Assembly (NCBI GenBank): GCA_963678065.2
Contig: CAXXVZ010000005.1
Coordinates: 192,001-256,000, forward strand
Direction of reading: 5' to 3'
DNA from: Treponemataceae bacterium
GTDB taxonomy: Bacteria > Spirochaetota > Spirochaetia > Treponematales > Rectinemataceae
DNA: 64,000 nucleotides
Positions 1-11,042 of the stretch are shown piece after piece. The notes beneath the pieces were generated by a model that saw only the letters and a program-made list of their open reading frames with translations, was not told where the DNA came from and did no database searches. A program made the translations under genes and the position numbers. Position 1 is the stretch's first letter, and every line of letters starts with the position of its first letter.

Positions 1-2
1 CG

Positions 3-1055
3 GACTGGATCGAAAAAATAGACCTCTGCTATCTTGTCCTGGACGAATCGCAGACCATCAAGAATGCCGGGACAAAAACAACCCACGCCGTACTGCGGCT
101 CAAATCGCACCACAGACTCGCGCTCAGCGGAACCCCGATCGAGAACAACCTCGGGGAGCTGTATTCCCTCTTCAGCTTTCTCAATCCGGGAATGTTCGGC
201 ATCCAGTCCGACTTCATGGAGCGATACATCAGGCCGATCCAGGACCGGGGCGACGAGGAAGCCCTGCACGACCTCAAGACCCGCATTTTCCCCTTCCTCC
301 TGCGGCGCATGAAAAAGGACGTCCTTCCGGAACTTCCCGAAAAGAGCGAACAGGTTTCATGGATCGAGCTCGACGAAAACCACCTGGCCCTTTATCACCG
401 CAGACGGGCGGAACTGAAGACGGCGATCGAAAAGAAAGTCAGAGGCGAAGGACTCGCGAAGAGCCGCCTTCTCATCCTGCAGGCCTTCACGGAATTGCGG
501 CGGCTGGCCAGCGTCCCCGAAGCGGAGTGGGATCTCGGAACTCCCTCTTCCAAACGCGAGCTTCTGAAAGAGCGGATTCCGGAAATCAGCCAGAACGGGC
601 ACAAATGCCTCGTGTTCACCAATTACCTGGCTTCTGTGGAACTCATCTCCCGGGACCTCACCGATCTCGGCATCGAAAACCTCGTCATGACAGGGGCGAC
701 GGGCGACCGGCAGTCGCTCGTCAGGCAATTCCAGACCGATCCCGCGATCAAGGCCTTCGTCATGACCCTGAAAACGGGAGGTCTCGGGCTGAACCTGACG
801 GCGGCCGACTATGTTTTCATCTTCGATCCCTGGTGGAACCGGAGCGCCGAATCCCAGGCCATAGACCGCACCCACCGCATGGGACAGAGGAATCCCGTCT
901 TCTGCTATCGGCTCATAGCCAAGGATACGATCGAGGAAAAAATCCTGAAGTTGCAGGAAATGAAAACGGGTCTCGTCTCCTCCCTCATCTCGTCGGATGC
1001 CGATGCTTTCAAGACTCTGGATGAGGGCGACATCGACTATCTTCTCGATCAGTAG
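3..1055 (+). CDS. SNF2/SWI2-family helicase/ATPase, 5'-truncated by the window edge
   Basis: The frame is open from base 3. Motifs LVLDESQTIKN (II), LSGTPIENN (III), LKTGGLGLNLTAADYV (V), DPWWN and QAIDRTHRMGQ (VI). Confidence 0.93.
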   Translation, partial: DWIEKIDLCYLVLDESQTIKNAGTKTTHAVLRLKSHHRLALSGTPIENNLGELYSLFSFLNPGMFGIQSDFMERYIRPIQDRGDEEALHDLKTRIFPFLLRRMKKDVLPELPEKSEQVSWIELDENHLALYHRRRAELKTAIEKKVRGEGLAKSRLLILQAFTELRRLASVPEAEWDLGTPSSKRELLKERIPEISQNGHKCLVFTNYLASVELISRDLTDLGIENLVMTGATGDRQSLVRQFQTDPAIKAFVMTLKTGGLGLNLTAADYVFIFDPWWNRSAESQAIDRTHRMGQRNPVFCYRLIAKDTIEEKILKLQEMKTGLVSSLISSDADAFKTLDEGDIDYLLDQ

Positions 1056-1083
1056 AAACGAAAAAGGGCAAACGGGAAAGGCG

Positions 1084-2991
1084 ATGAAAAAAAACGGAAA
1101 ACCGACCGCGATGGGCACTCAAACCCTGTTTGTCGATGATGGGACGGTCGAGGGGATTCCGCACCGTCCCGACAGTCCCAAAAAACGCAAACTCATGAAT
1201 GCGCTCGCCGTTTTCACTATGGATCGACTCTCCCTGATGATCATGCAGCTCGCCGGAAAGTTGCCCCGCGGCGAAACCAAGGCAAAACTCTGCGAGCTCC
1301 TGGCTGACATCCTGTCATTCGAAAACAAGGAAGAATTCGACGCTCTGATCGGCGCAAAATCCCCCCTGTTCAGGGCCGTCCTCGAGAAGACAGCGTTCAC
1401 CGGCTTCGCGAACATTCGGGAACTGGAAAAGAAGTTCGGAATCCCGATTCTGGAGCGGACACGGGAATACGGATACGCCTGGTCCATCTCACTCTCCGCA
1501 TCCTGCGGACTCTCCGGACTTTTCACGATCTGCGATCTCGACTCCCTGGCCCTCGATGATTTCTTTCGCGCATTTTTTGTGCCCTTCCTTCCAAAACCTG
1601 TCGGATACGATCCGGAGCCCCTCTCCCGATCCGAAACGGCAAGCTGGAGCAACGAGGAGGGCATAGCCGACACGGCCCCCCTCGTGGTCGATTTCATCGT
1701 CGACCTCGAAAAGACAAGGAACAGGCATGACGTGGTGCAGAAGGGACTGCTCGTCGCCGAAGCGCGGAAATTCTCCGAAGTCTGCGGCCTGAAAGATTTC
1801 CCGGAGGGAGTAAAGCTGAAGCTTCAATCCGGCGATCTCCTAACGAGATTCATTGCGGCCTTCAGCCCTCCGAAACTCGCCCGCCCTGCGGATCCCGATG
1901 CTGCCGATGCCTGGATCAAGAGCCTGGCAGTGAATTTTTTCAGCCACGAGAGAATCAGGGAATACACGACGGAGAATGCCACATCCCTTTTCGAATTCCG
2001 CTGCCTGCTCGACTACCTGACTCGCAGGCAAGGCATCAACTATTATAATTACCTCATTTTCCCGCACATCCGCTCCGCTTTCAGGGACGCCCTTCGGAGG
2101 GTTGCAGCAGTGCGGGAGTGGTTTTCGCCCGATGCTCTCTATGATTCCTGCCTGTACAGGGGACAGTGCCTCTCTCTCGCGCTCTCCGGCGAAGATGCGA
2201 ACGATCTGTTTCTGAGAGGCGATTCCATCCTGCGGGGGGACGAAGAGCATGAGCGCGATCCCTACGAAAAGAACATCGCCATCACCGCCTCCCTGTATCC
2301 CTTCGCGATCGGCAGACCGCTCTTCAAAGCCTACGCGTATCTCTTCGCCACGCTCGGAATCCTGGAAATACGGGAAGCTCCGCCTGCCCGCACGGTCAGA
2401 AAAGGCTCGGAACTCATCCCCGTCTCGCCCTACGAAGCTCTCGCCGGACTCCGCCTGACGCCCTTCGGCGCCTGGTGCCTCGATCTCAAACAGGAGAAAC
2501 CCCTGCGGGCCCGGAAAACCTCCCTGATCCTGCCGGACCCCGACCTCCTCATCATCACCTTCAAAGGAGAATCTCTTGAAAAGCGGCTTTTTCTGGACCG
2601 GATCGGCACGCGGCTCGGCGACGAGCGCTATCGGGTCACGGATGCCAGTTTCATCGCCGGATGTCATACCCAGGAGGAAATCGCGGCCCGCGCCACACGC
2701 TTCGGGGAACTTGTCGGAACGGACATACCGCCGCTCTGGAAGCGTTTCCTGGACGGAATCCTGAAAAAGTCCCGCGTCTTTGCCCTACCTCAGAAGGCCT
2801 TCATATTCACCCTGCCCGACGATCCGGAATTCCGGCAGGCCTTCCGCATCGATCCTGTCCTGAAATCCCTCGCCATCAAGGCCGAGGGCGGACGTGTCGC
2901 CGTTCCCGCAGGAGATTTCGCCAGACTCGCGAAAGCTCTCGAGGATCGCGGCTTTTTCTGTCCGACTCCCAAAACGGGGAAAAAACGATGA
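1084..2991 (+). CDS. Hypothetical protein (~635 aa), possible C-terminal Helicase_C_3 (XPB/Ssl2-associated)-like domain
   Basis: Long ORF 28 bp after the SNF2 stop. The segments LRLTPFGAWCL and LFLDRIGTRLGDERYRVTDASF resemble helicase-associated proteins. Start codon uncertain (1084 or 1111). Confidence 0.6.
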   Translation: MKKNGKPTAMGTQTLFVDDGTVEGIPHRPDSPKKRKLMNALAVFTMDRLSLMIMQLAGKLPRGETKAKLCELLADILSFENKEEFDALIGAKSPLFRAVLEKTAFTGFANIRELEKKFGIPILERTREYGYAWSISLSASCGLSGLFTICDLDSLALDDFFRAFFVPFLPKPVGYDPEPLSRSETASWSNEEGIADTAPLVVDFIVDLEKTRNRHDVVQKGLLVAEARKFSEVCGLKDFPEGVKLKLQSGDLLTRFIAAFSPPKLARPADPDAADAWIKSLAVNFFSHERIREYTTENATSLFEFRCLLDYLTRRQGINYYNYLIFPHIRSAFRDALRRVAAVREWFSPDALYDSCLYRGQCLSLALSGEDANDLFLRGDSILRGDEEHERDPYEKNIAITASLYPFAIGRPLFKAYAYLFATLGILEIREAPPARTVRKGSELIPVSPYEALAGLRLTPFGAWCLDLKQEKPLRARKTSLILPDPDLLIITFKGESLEKRLFLDRIGTRLGDERYRVTDASFIAGCHTQEEIAARATRFGELVGTDIPPLWKRFLDGILKKSRVFALPQKAFIFTLPDDPEFRQAFRIDPVLKSLAIKAEGGRVAVPAGDFARLAKALEDRGFFCPTPKTGKKR

Positions 2992-3806
2992 AAAAATACC
3001 TCGTGCTGGCCGGCAACATCGGCGCCGGCAAATCAACCCTCGTCGGACTCCTGTGCGACAGACTCGGCTTCTCGCCCTACTACGAACCTGTTTCGGAAAA
3101 TCCCTACCTCGAAGATTTCTACGCCGACATGAAGCGCTGGGCCTTCCATTCGCAGGCATACTTTCTCACGCACCGCGTCATGGCCCACCGCGCCCTCATG
3201 GACGATCCGCGATCGGTCGTGCAGGACCGATCGGTCTACGAAGACGCCGAGGTATTTGCCCGCAACCTCTACCTGCAGGGGAACATGACCGGGCGCGACT
3301 GGGCGACCTACCGCGAGCTCTACGATACGGTGATCGGACTCCTGCCTCCGCCCGACCTCGTCATCTACCTCCGCGCCTCGGTCCCCACCCTGCGCGCCCG
3401 CATAGCCCTCCGCGGCCGGGACTTCGAATCCGCCATACCCGAGAGGTATCTGGAAGGACTCAACGGACTCTACGAATCCTGGATCGAAGGTTTCAGCCTT
3501 TCTCCCGTCGTCGTCGTCCCCGGCGACCGGCTCGACTTCGTGGCCGATTCGGCCGATCTCGAAGCCATCGTGGAGACGGTCCAAAACCGTCTTTCCGACA
3601 GGCAGGGCAGTCTCTTCCCTGACGAGTGCGGCCCGAAAGCGCGGACCTCCTGCCTCGGCTCATCCGATGGAGGAAACCGGCACCGCCATTCAGTGCGGGA
3701 TGTATCGGGCCGCTTCGCGATCGATCCCGGTCATCGGCAAAGCGGAGCGGAGATCGATCCCTCATCCCCCCCCGATGGAAGCCGCGAAGAGAACCTTTTG
3801 GTATAA
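2988..3806 (+). CDS. Deoxynucleoside kinase (dNK family)
   Basis: ATGA overlap with the upstream gene. P-loop AGNIGAGKST, EPVSENPYLEDFY, QDRSVYED, PPDLVIYL, RGRDFE. Confidence 0.92.
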   Translation: MKKYLVLAGNIGAGKSTLVGLLCDRLGFSPYYEPVSENPYLEDFYADMKRWAFHSQAYFLTHRVMAHRALMDDPRSVVQDRSVYEDAEVFARNLYLQGNMTGRDWATYRELYDTVIGLLPPPDLVIYLRASVPTLRARIALRGRDFESAIPERYLEGLNGLYESWIEGFSLSPVVVVPGDRLDFVADSADLEAIVETVQNRLSDRQGSLFPDECGPKARTSCLGSSDGGNRHRHSVRDVSGRFAIDPGHRQSGAEIDPSSPPDGSREENLLV

Positions 3807-3829
3807 GCCCGCTTCTGCCTCATGTCCGG

Positions 3830-4800
<971 letters not shown>

Positions 4801-4804
<4 letters not shown>

Positions 4805-5814
4805 CTGACACCTCCAGCTGCAGAACAGAGATGGCAGGCGACACGACGGTCCGGGCCGAGGAGGGTCATCGCGGGGTATTCCCGAAGGCAGATTTTCATC
4901 GCCTTCGCGCAGCGCGGCGCGAAACGACAGCCCGCGGGCAGGTTGAGCAGGTTGGGCACGACGCCTGGAATCGAGTCGAGGATTTCCTTGTCTTTCACGA
5001 GGGAAGGTATGGAATTGAGGAGTCCCTGCGTGTAGGGGTGCAATGGATTGTCGAAGAGCTCGACTGTCGGCGCCTCCTCGATGATGCGCCCCGCGTACAT
5101 GACGATGACGCGCTGGCAGGTCTCGGCCACGACGGCGAGGTTATGCGTTATCAGCATGACGGCGGTGTCGAGCTCGTTCTTGAGCGCCTTCATGAGTTCG
5201 AGAATCTGCGCCTGGATCGTCACGTCGAGGGCCGTCGTCGGCTCGTCCGCGATGAGGAGCCGGGGTTTGCAGGCCAGGGCCATGGCTATCATGACGCGCT
5301 GGCGCATCCCGCCGGAGAGGGCGTGCGGATATTCCTCGGCGACTTTTTCCGGCCTCGATATTCCCACAAGCTTCAGCATCTTTACCGATTCATCCCAAGC
5401 CTCTTTTCTGGAAACCTTCAGGTGGTGGATGAAGACCTCCGAGAGCTGGGCGCCGATCGTGAATACGGGGTTGAGCGATGTCATCGGCTCCTGGAATATC
5501 ATGGAAATCTTGTTTCCCCGTATCCTGCGCATTTCCTTTTCGGACATGGCGACAAGATCGAGGCCGTCGAGGGTTATGGAAGAGCCCTTCATTATCCTGC
5601 CCATGGGTTTGGGCAGAAGTCCCATGATCGAGAGCGATGTCACCGACTTGCCGCAGCCCGACTCCCCCACGAGGCCGAGAAATTCACCTTTGTGTATGTC
5701 GAAGCTGATGCCGTCCACGGCCGGGACGAGGCCATCCTCGGTGTAGAAATACGTTCGCAGGTCTTTGACCCCGACGAGGGTTTCATTGGCCTCGTAGTTT
5801 TTCATCTGTGCCAT
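4801..5814 (-). CDS. oppD: Oligopeptide ABC transporter ATP-binding subunit (OppD/DppD-like)
   Basis: [37 protein letters not shown]. Confidence 0.93.
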
Positions 5815-5824
5815 TTTTCAGCCC

Positions 5825-6943
5825 TCAGGTATTCTTGAGCCGGGGATCGAGGGCGTCCCGCAATCCGTCGCCGAGGAAGTTGTAGCAGAGCACCGTTATG
5901 AAAATCATGATCCCGGGATACAGGGCTTTCCATGGCGCATTTACCATCGTGTTGAGTTCCTGGGCGTTCGTGAGCATGTTGCCCCAGCTCGCGGCCGGAG
6001 GCTGGACGCCGAGCCCGAAGAAGGAGAGTCCCGACTCCGACAGGATGGCGCCCGCGACGCCCATCGTCGCGGCGACGATGATGGGGCCCATCGCGTTCGG
6101 CAGGACGTGCCGGAAAATGATCCTTCTGTCCTTGGCGCCGATGCCGCGCGCCGCCTCGACATAATCGCGTCGCATCAGCGAGAGGAATTCCGCGCGCACG
6201 AGACGCGCTATTCCCGTCCAGCCCGTGAGCCCCAGGACGATCATGACGTTGAAGATGTTCGGCTTCAGGACGGACATGACGGTGACGAGGAGGAGGAAGG
6301 TCGGGATGCACATGATGGCATCGACGATGCGCATCATGACGTTGTCGACGATGCCGCCGTAGTAGCCTGCGAGGCATCCCCACACGGTGCCGATCAGGAT
6401 GGATATGCCGACCGACACGAAGCCTATCGTGAGGGAAATCCGTGCCGCGTAGAGTATGCGCGAGAATACGTCGCGGCCGAGTTCGTCGCGGCCCATGATG
6501 TTGGCCACGAAGAGCTTGGGATTGCCCGCGTCGTCCGGAAGGTAGCTCCCCGTCGCCTTCGCTTCCGCGAGAATCTGCGGGCTGGCCGGTTTCGCGATCT
6601 GGTCGACGCCGCGGAAGAAGGGCTCGCCGCGTTCGGGCAGGATGACGACGAGGTCGTTGTAGGTGATGACCTTGTAGGGCGAGTAGATCGGCTTCAGATC
6701 GATGAGGAATATGTCGTACATAGGATCGCCCGACTCGGGGTAGGGGGCGACGACCGATGCGAGGGCCGCCATCGCGTAGAAGATGACAAGTACGACGATG
6801 CCGATGACCGCGAAGGCGTTCTTGCGGAAGCGCTTCCAGAGGATCAGCATCCGCTTGCCGAAGGTGTCGGAATACTCTGTCGACTCCGCGGCGACCGCTG
6901 TCGCGGAGGATTCGGCATGTATGGATTTCGGTGTCTCAGCCAT
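5825..6943 (-). CDS. oppC: Oligopeptide ABC transporter permease (OppC-like)
   Basis: GRDELGRDVFSR, EAA loop YVEAARGIGA, LGDGLRDALDP. Confidence 0.92.
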   Translation of the reverse strand: MAETPKSIHAESSATAVAAESTEYSDTFGKRMLILWKRFRKNAFAVIGIVVLVIFYAMAALASVVAPYPESGDPMYDIFLIDLKPIYSPYKVITYNDLVVILPERGEPFFRGVDQIAKPASPQILAEAKATGSYLPDDAGNPKLFVANIMGRDELGRDVFSRILYAARISLTIGFVSVGISILIGTVWGCLAGYYGGIVDNVMMRIVDAIMCIPTFLLLVTVMSVLKPNIFNVMIVLGLTGWTGIARLVRAEFLSLMRRDYVEAARGIGAKDRRIIFRHVLPNAMGPIIVAATMGVAGAILSESGLSFFGLGVQPPAASWGNMLTNAQELNTMVNAPWKALYPGIMIFITVLCYNFLGDGLRDALDPRLKNT

Positions 6944-6957
6944 GTGTCGCCTCCTTG

Positions 6958-7911
6958 TCAGTATTTGATGCGGGGGTCGGCGACGGCGTAGAGCACGTCG
7001 GCTATGAGGCTGCCCAGGATGACCATGACCGAGGACAGCATGAGGTTGCCCATCATGAGGGGATAGTCGCGCGTGAAGGCAGCCTGGACCGCGATCCGTC
7101 CTATGCCGGGCCAGCCGAATATCGTCTCGACGATGGCGGCTCCGCCCACGAGGCCCGGAATGATGAATCCGAGGAGGGTGATGATCGGAAGCAGGGCGTT
7201 CCTGAGTGCGTGCTTGGAGATGACGACGAATCCGGAGAGGCCCTTGGCCCTCGCCGTGCGCACGTAGTCCTGGCGGATCACCTCCAGCATGGAGGAGCGC
7301 ATGTAGCGCATCTTGCTCGCCATCTGACCCATGCCGAGAACAATGGTCGGCAGGATGAGATGCCGGAACCTGTCCACGAGAACGGGCCCCTGCACGTTGA
7401 TGCTGGACATCCCGCTCGTCGGAAGCCAGTCCAGCTTGAGGCTGAAGAAGAGGATGAGTATGAGGCCGAACCAGAAGCTGGGGAGAGAAACGCCAATGAA
7501 GGAAATGGTCGAGAAGAAATAGTCTATCGCTGTATTGCGCTTTATGGCCGAGATGATTCCGGCCGGAATTGCCACGGTAAATGAAAATATCGTCGCGAAC
7601 AGCGCGAGCACGAGAGTGTTGGGCAGAGCCTCCAACAGAACCTGGGTCACCGGCCTCGAGTAGTAAAACGAATTGCCGAGCTCTCCGCGGAGGACATTGG
7701 CCAGCCAGACGAAGTACCTGACAATCATAGGTCTGTCCAGGCCGAGCTGGTGGCGTATGAGCTCGAGGTCCTGCTTGGCGACCAGATCCGGGTTCACGAA
7801 CATGTAGACCGGATCGCCGGGCGCCAGATTGATGATGAAAAACGATATGATGGTGATAATGAAAAGAAGAGGGATGGCCTGAAAGAGGCGTTTGAGAATG
7901 TATCCCCTCAC
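6958..7911 (-). CDS. oppB: Oligopeptide ABC transporter permease (OppB-like)
   Basis: GTG start. LAPGDPV, DYVRTARAKGL, HALRNALLP, RDYP, DPRI. Confidence 0.92.
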   Translation of the reverse strand: MRGYILKRLFQAIPLLFIITIISFFIINLAPGDPVYMFVNPDLVAKQDLELIRHQLGLDRPMIVRYFVWLANVLRGELGNSFYYSRPVTQVLLEALPNTLVLALFATIFSFTVAIPAGIISAIKRNTAIDYFFSTISFIGVSLPSFWFGLILILFFSLKLDWLPTSGMSSINVQGPVLVDRFRHLILPTIVLGMGQMASKMRYMRSSMLEVIRQDYVRTARAKGLSGFVVISKHALRNALLPIITLLGFIIPGLVGGAAIVETIFGWPGIGRIAVQAAFTRDYPLMMGNLMLSSVMVILGSLIADVLYAVADPRIKY

Positions 7912-7968
7912 CGTGATCTCCTTTGCGGGAGCGGGCCTGCCAACGATGTGCCCGTGACTGGAAAGTGT

Positions 7969-8038
7969 CCGCTCCCGACGGGAGCGGCGCGATCTGCCTG
8001 GGGGCAGACCGCGGCGACCCTGCCCGCAGGCAGGGTCG
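7969..8038. promoter_or_regulatory. Three GC-rich hairpins between oppA and oppB (mRNA stabiliser or partial terminator)
   Basis: CCGCTCCC-GAC-GGGAGCGG (7969-7987), TCTGCC-TGGG-GGCAGA (7993-8008), CGACCCTGCC-CGCA-GGCAGGGTCG (8015-8038). Confidence 0.55.
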
Positions 8039-8047
8039 TGTACCCGT

Positions 8048-9604
8048 TTATTCGACCCAGCAGTGCTCGGGGTTGAACCAGCCGAGGAGATCGTAGGATT
8101 TCACGTTGCGGACGGCCTTGTTGTAGGCGTAGGCCTGTGTGCGGTTGATGATGAAGGTGTAAGGAGCTTCCTGTGCGACGATGGCCTGGACCTTCTTGGC
8201 GAGGGTGGCCTGTTCCTTGAGATCGACGGTGTCCTTGATCTGATCGAGGAGCTTGTCGACCTCGGGGTTGGAGTAGCGGCCGCGGTTCAGGAAGCCCTTG
8301 TCCTTGTCGGAGTGGTAGAAGGCCATGTGGTTGGCGGTGAGTCCGGTGGAGAATCCGCCGACATAGCCGTCGAACTTGCCGACTTCGACATACTTCGTGA
8401 GGAAGGTGTTCCACTCGAGGATCTGCGCCTCGACCTGGACGCCGACCATCTTGAGCGAGCTCTGCACGTACTGCAGAATCTTCTCGCGCATGATGTTGCC
8501 CTTGTTCGTGATCATGAAAATCTTGAACTTCTTTCCGTCCTTGACGCGGATGCCATCGGGACCGACCTTCCAGCCGGCCTCGTCCAGAAGCGCCTTGGCC
8601 TTGGCGAGGTCGTAGTTGTACTTCTTCGCGTCCGCATTGTAGTACGGGCTCGTGGGGACGAAGGAGGAGACGCCGACGCGGCCGTTGCCCTTGTAGATTC
8701 CGGAAACGATCTGCTGCGTGTTGATGGCGTAGGACATGGCCTGGCGCACGCGGATGTCGCTATAGAAGTCGCTCTTCGTGTTCCAGACGACGCAGTCGAA
8801 GACGGGGCCGACATAGCGTTGGACGTTGAGGCTGGGGATGGCGCTCATGCGGGCGACGTCGGATTCGGGCACGAAGACGCGGTTGGCCTCGCCCTTCTCG
8901 GCCTTGACCATGGCGGTGGCCGAGCTTCCCGAGTTGATGAAGATGTAGCGGTCGAAGCCGACGGGGCCGTCCCAGTATCTGTCGAAGCGCTCCATCTTCA
9001 GGTTCTGGTTGGTGAGCCACTCGACGAACTTGAAGGGGCCGTTCCCGACAGGCTTGCGGGCGAACTCGGATTCCTTGAGCTTGGTCTTGTCGTACTTGGA
9101 GATTTCGGACTTGGGAACGACATAGCCGAACACGAAGTAAGAGAGGATGACGCCGTCTACCTTGGAGAGCTTGAAAACAACGGTGGACGCGTCGGGGGTC
9201 GTGATCTCGGAGACGGCCTCGTAGTCCATGCGGCGCGGGGAGTTGACGGCCGGATCGCGGATGAGGTCGTAGGAGTACTTCACGTCCTCGGCCGTCATCT
9301 TCTGGCCATTGTGGAAGTAGACATCGTCGCGGAGCTTGAAGGTGATTGTCTTGCCGTCCTTGGACACATCGAAGGACTTGGCCGCGTTCGGGACGATCTC
9401 CAGCTTCTCGTTGTAGGTGAGTAGGGGAGAAAATAGGAGGTTGCAGACGTCGCTCGAGGCAGAGTCGGCATTGATGAAGGGAACGAGGAAGAGGGGATCC
9501 GAGAAGGTGGCGTAGAGCATGTCCCCGCCCTGCTTGTTCTGGGCGAATACAGGGGCCGCGATAAGCGCCGCGAACAGCGCGATCGCCAATAGTTTGTTTC
9601 TCAT
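8048..9604 (-). CDS. oppA: Peptide ABC transporter substrate-binding protein (family 5, AppA/OppA-like)
   Basis: Signal peptide ending VFA. TITFKLRDDVYFHNGQKMTAEDVKYS, PVGNGPFKF, AKAKALLDEAGW. Confidence 0.92.
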   Translation of the reverse strand: MRNKLLAIALFAALIAAPVFAQNKQGGDMLYATFSDPLFLVPFINADSASSDVCNLLFSPLLTYNEKLEIVPNAAKSFDVSKDGKTITFKLRDDVYFHNGQKMTAEDVKYSYDLIRDPAVNSPRRMDYEAVSEITTPDASTVVFKLSKVDGVILSYFVFGYVVPKSEISKYDKTKLKESEFARKPVGNGPFKFVEWLTNQNLKMERFDRYWDGPVGFDRYIFINSGSSATAMVKAEKGEANRVFVPESDVARMSAIPSLNVQRYVGPVFDCVVWNTKSDFYSDIRVRQAMSYAINTQQIVSGIYKGNGRVGVSSFVPTSPYYNADAKKYNYDLAKAKALLDEAGWKVGPDGIRVKDGKKFKIFMITNKGNIMREKILQYVQSSLKMVGVQVEAQILEWNTFLTKYVEVGKFDGYVGGFSTGLTANHMAFYHSDKDKGFLNRGRYSNPEVDKLLDQIKDTVDLKEQATLAKKVQAIVAQEAPYTFIINRTQAYAYNKAVRNVKSYDLLGWFNPEHCWVE

Positions 9605-9623
9605 TCTGTATCTCCTTGCGCTG

Positions 9624-10745
9624 TCACTTGACTACCGACACGAGTACGACGCGGTAGGCATCCGCGGGCTCGGTGGTAAGGAGGACCTTTGTCCCCTGGA
9701 CGAGGTCGGCGGCGGTTCCCTCTCCCGACGGGGTGAGGATAGTGAGGCCCTCGGAGAGCGGAAGGGCGACCGGTTCTCCCGCGTCGACGACGAGTATCTC
9801 GCCGAATACGCCGATGACGGTGGCCGGCTTGCCCACGAAGTAGGAGTCGATGTGGACGAGCCGGTTGTCGGTGCTGCAGCGGATGAGCCAGAAGTTGGCG
9901 AGATCGGTGGCCCCGACGATTGTTCCGGGCTGTCCGTTGACCTCGATCACGCAGGAGGGATCCAGTTCGAGATAGGTGATCTCGGTGGTCTTCTGGGAGA
10001 GCATGACTTTCTGGAAGGAGAGTTCGAGTTTCGGAGCGACTTCGTCGTAGCTCTTGCCGATAGCGGCGTCGAACTTGATGGTGGTTATTCCCTTGGTCTT
10101 GTCGACGACGCAGGAGGTCCCGACGGGCTCGTAGAAGGAGCCTTTGCCGTCGGCGCCGTAGGCGACGTTCATCCATGAACCATTCAACTTGATCTTCACC
10201 GATCCCTCGATCACGTCGATGTTGCCGATCATGATCTCTGTGGGACTGTTGAGAGCCCATGCGCTGTCAGTCTCGGGAGGAAGGGAGAAAACTTCGACCT
10301 TGCTGACCACGCGGCCCTCTCCGTCCTTGCGCTCGGAAGGCGCGGTGAGGTTGGAGTCGGTGGTGTTCACGCGGATGTCCGAGAGAGCGTAGACATTGGC
10401 CTTCGGTGTGGCGGATCCAAGCCCTTGGGCTTCGAGACCATAGAAGGGAACCTGGATCGAAGTCGCGAAGGCGCCGTCGGAGGCGACGGTGAGCTTGAGT
10501 CCTTTCTTGGCGATGTCGAGCCAGGGCATCACTTGGTCGATGCGCTTCACGACGGTGTTTCCGTCGATGACGAGGGTGGCAGTCGCCTGGTTGCCGGTTT
10601 TGTCGGCATAGGCGATGGTGAGGGACGTGCCGGTAAACGATACGAGCGTACCGGTCCTCGATTCCCCTCCCGATCCGGCGGCGAAGGTGAGCGCCGCGGT
10701 CAGGATGAGGAAGCAGGCGACGAGCAACGGGATTCTGGATTTCAT
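9624..10745 (-). CDS. Secreted beta-rich hypothetical protein (DUF5666-like repeats possible)
   Basis: Start MKSRIPLLVACFLILTAALTFA (signal peptide). Ends 19 bp before oppA. Host-like codon usage. Confidence 0.7.
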   Translation of the reverse strand: MKSRIPLLVACFLILTAALTFAAGSGGESRTGTLVSFTGTSLTIAYADKTGNQATATLVIDGNTVVKRIDQVMPWLDIAKKGLKLTVASDGAFATSIQVPFYGLEAQGLGSATPKANVYALSDIRVNTTDSNLTAPSERKDGEGRVVSKVEVFSLPPETDSAWALNSPTEIMIGNIDVIEGSVKIKLNGSWMNVAYGADGKGSFYEPVGTSCVVDKTKGITTIKFDAAIGKSYDEVAPKLELSFQKVMLSQKTTEITYLELDPSCVIEVNGQPGTIVGATDLANFWLIRCSTDNRLVHIDSYFVGKPATVIGVFGEILVVDAGEPVALPLSEGLTILTPSGEGTAADLVQGTKVLLTTEPADAYRVVLVSVVK

Positions 10746-11042
10746 CGCAGCCTTCCTTTTGTGGAATGTGATCGCGGAGGCCAAGAATCCCCCGCGCGTC
10801 CGTTCAGGAAAGGGTTCGGAATCTCCGGCCGGTTCCGGACAGACAATTCGGAGTATAGACCATGAATTTGGGATTTGCATCAAAAAAACGCAGGTTTGTT
10901 TTTATTTATATCAGATCCGGAAACAGCGACGCGAAGAGGAGATACGGAAATTCACGCCGGAGGGGCGAACCGGGAATTTGGCGTTCGGCGAGTGCGGCAG
11001 TAATTTGATTGTGCAAGGATCATCCATAACAAGGAGAACAGA

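Noticed and set aside
2661..2987. Long N-terminal extensions in the ORF track (dNK from 2661; also 16248, 25589, 34432, 38203, 42140, 63136)
   Set aside because: They overlap neighbouring genes or precede the first conserved motif; downstream starts have an RBS or stop-start coupling.
3..2991. Assignment of the SNF2 locus to a named defence system (DISARM, Zorya, BREX)
   Set aside because: No methylase, nuclease, PglZ or ZorAB genes are visible, and the upstream context lies outside the window.
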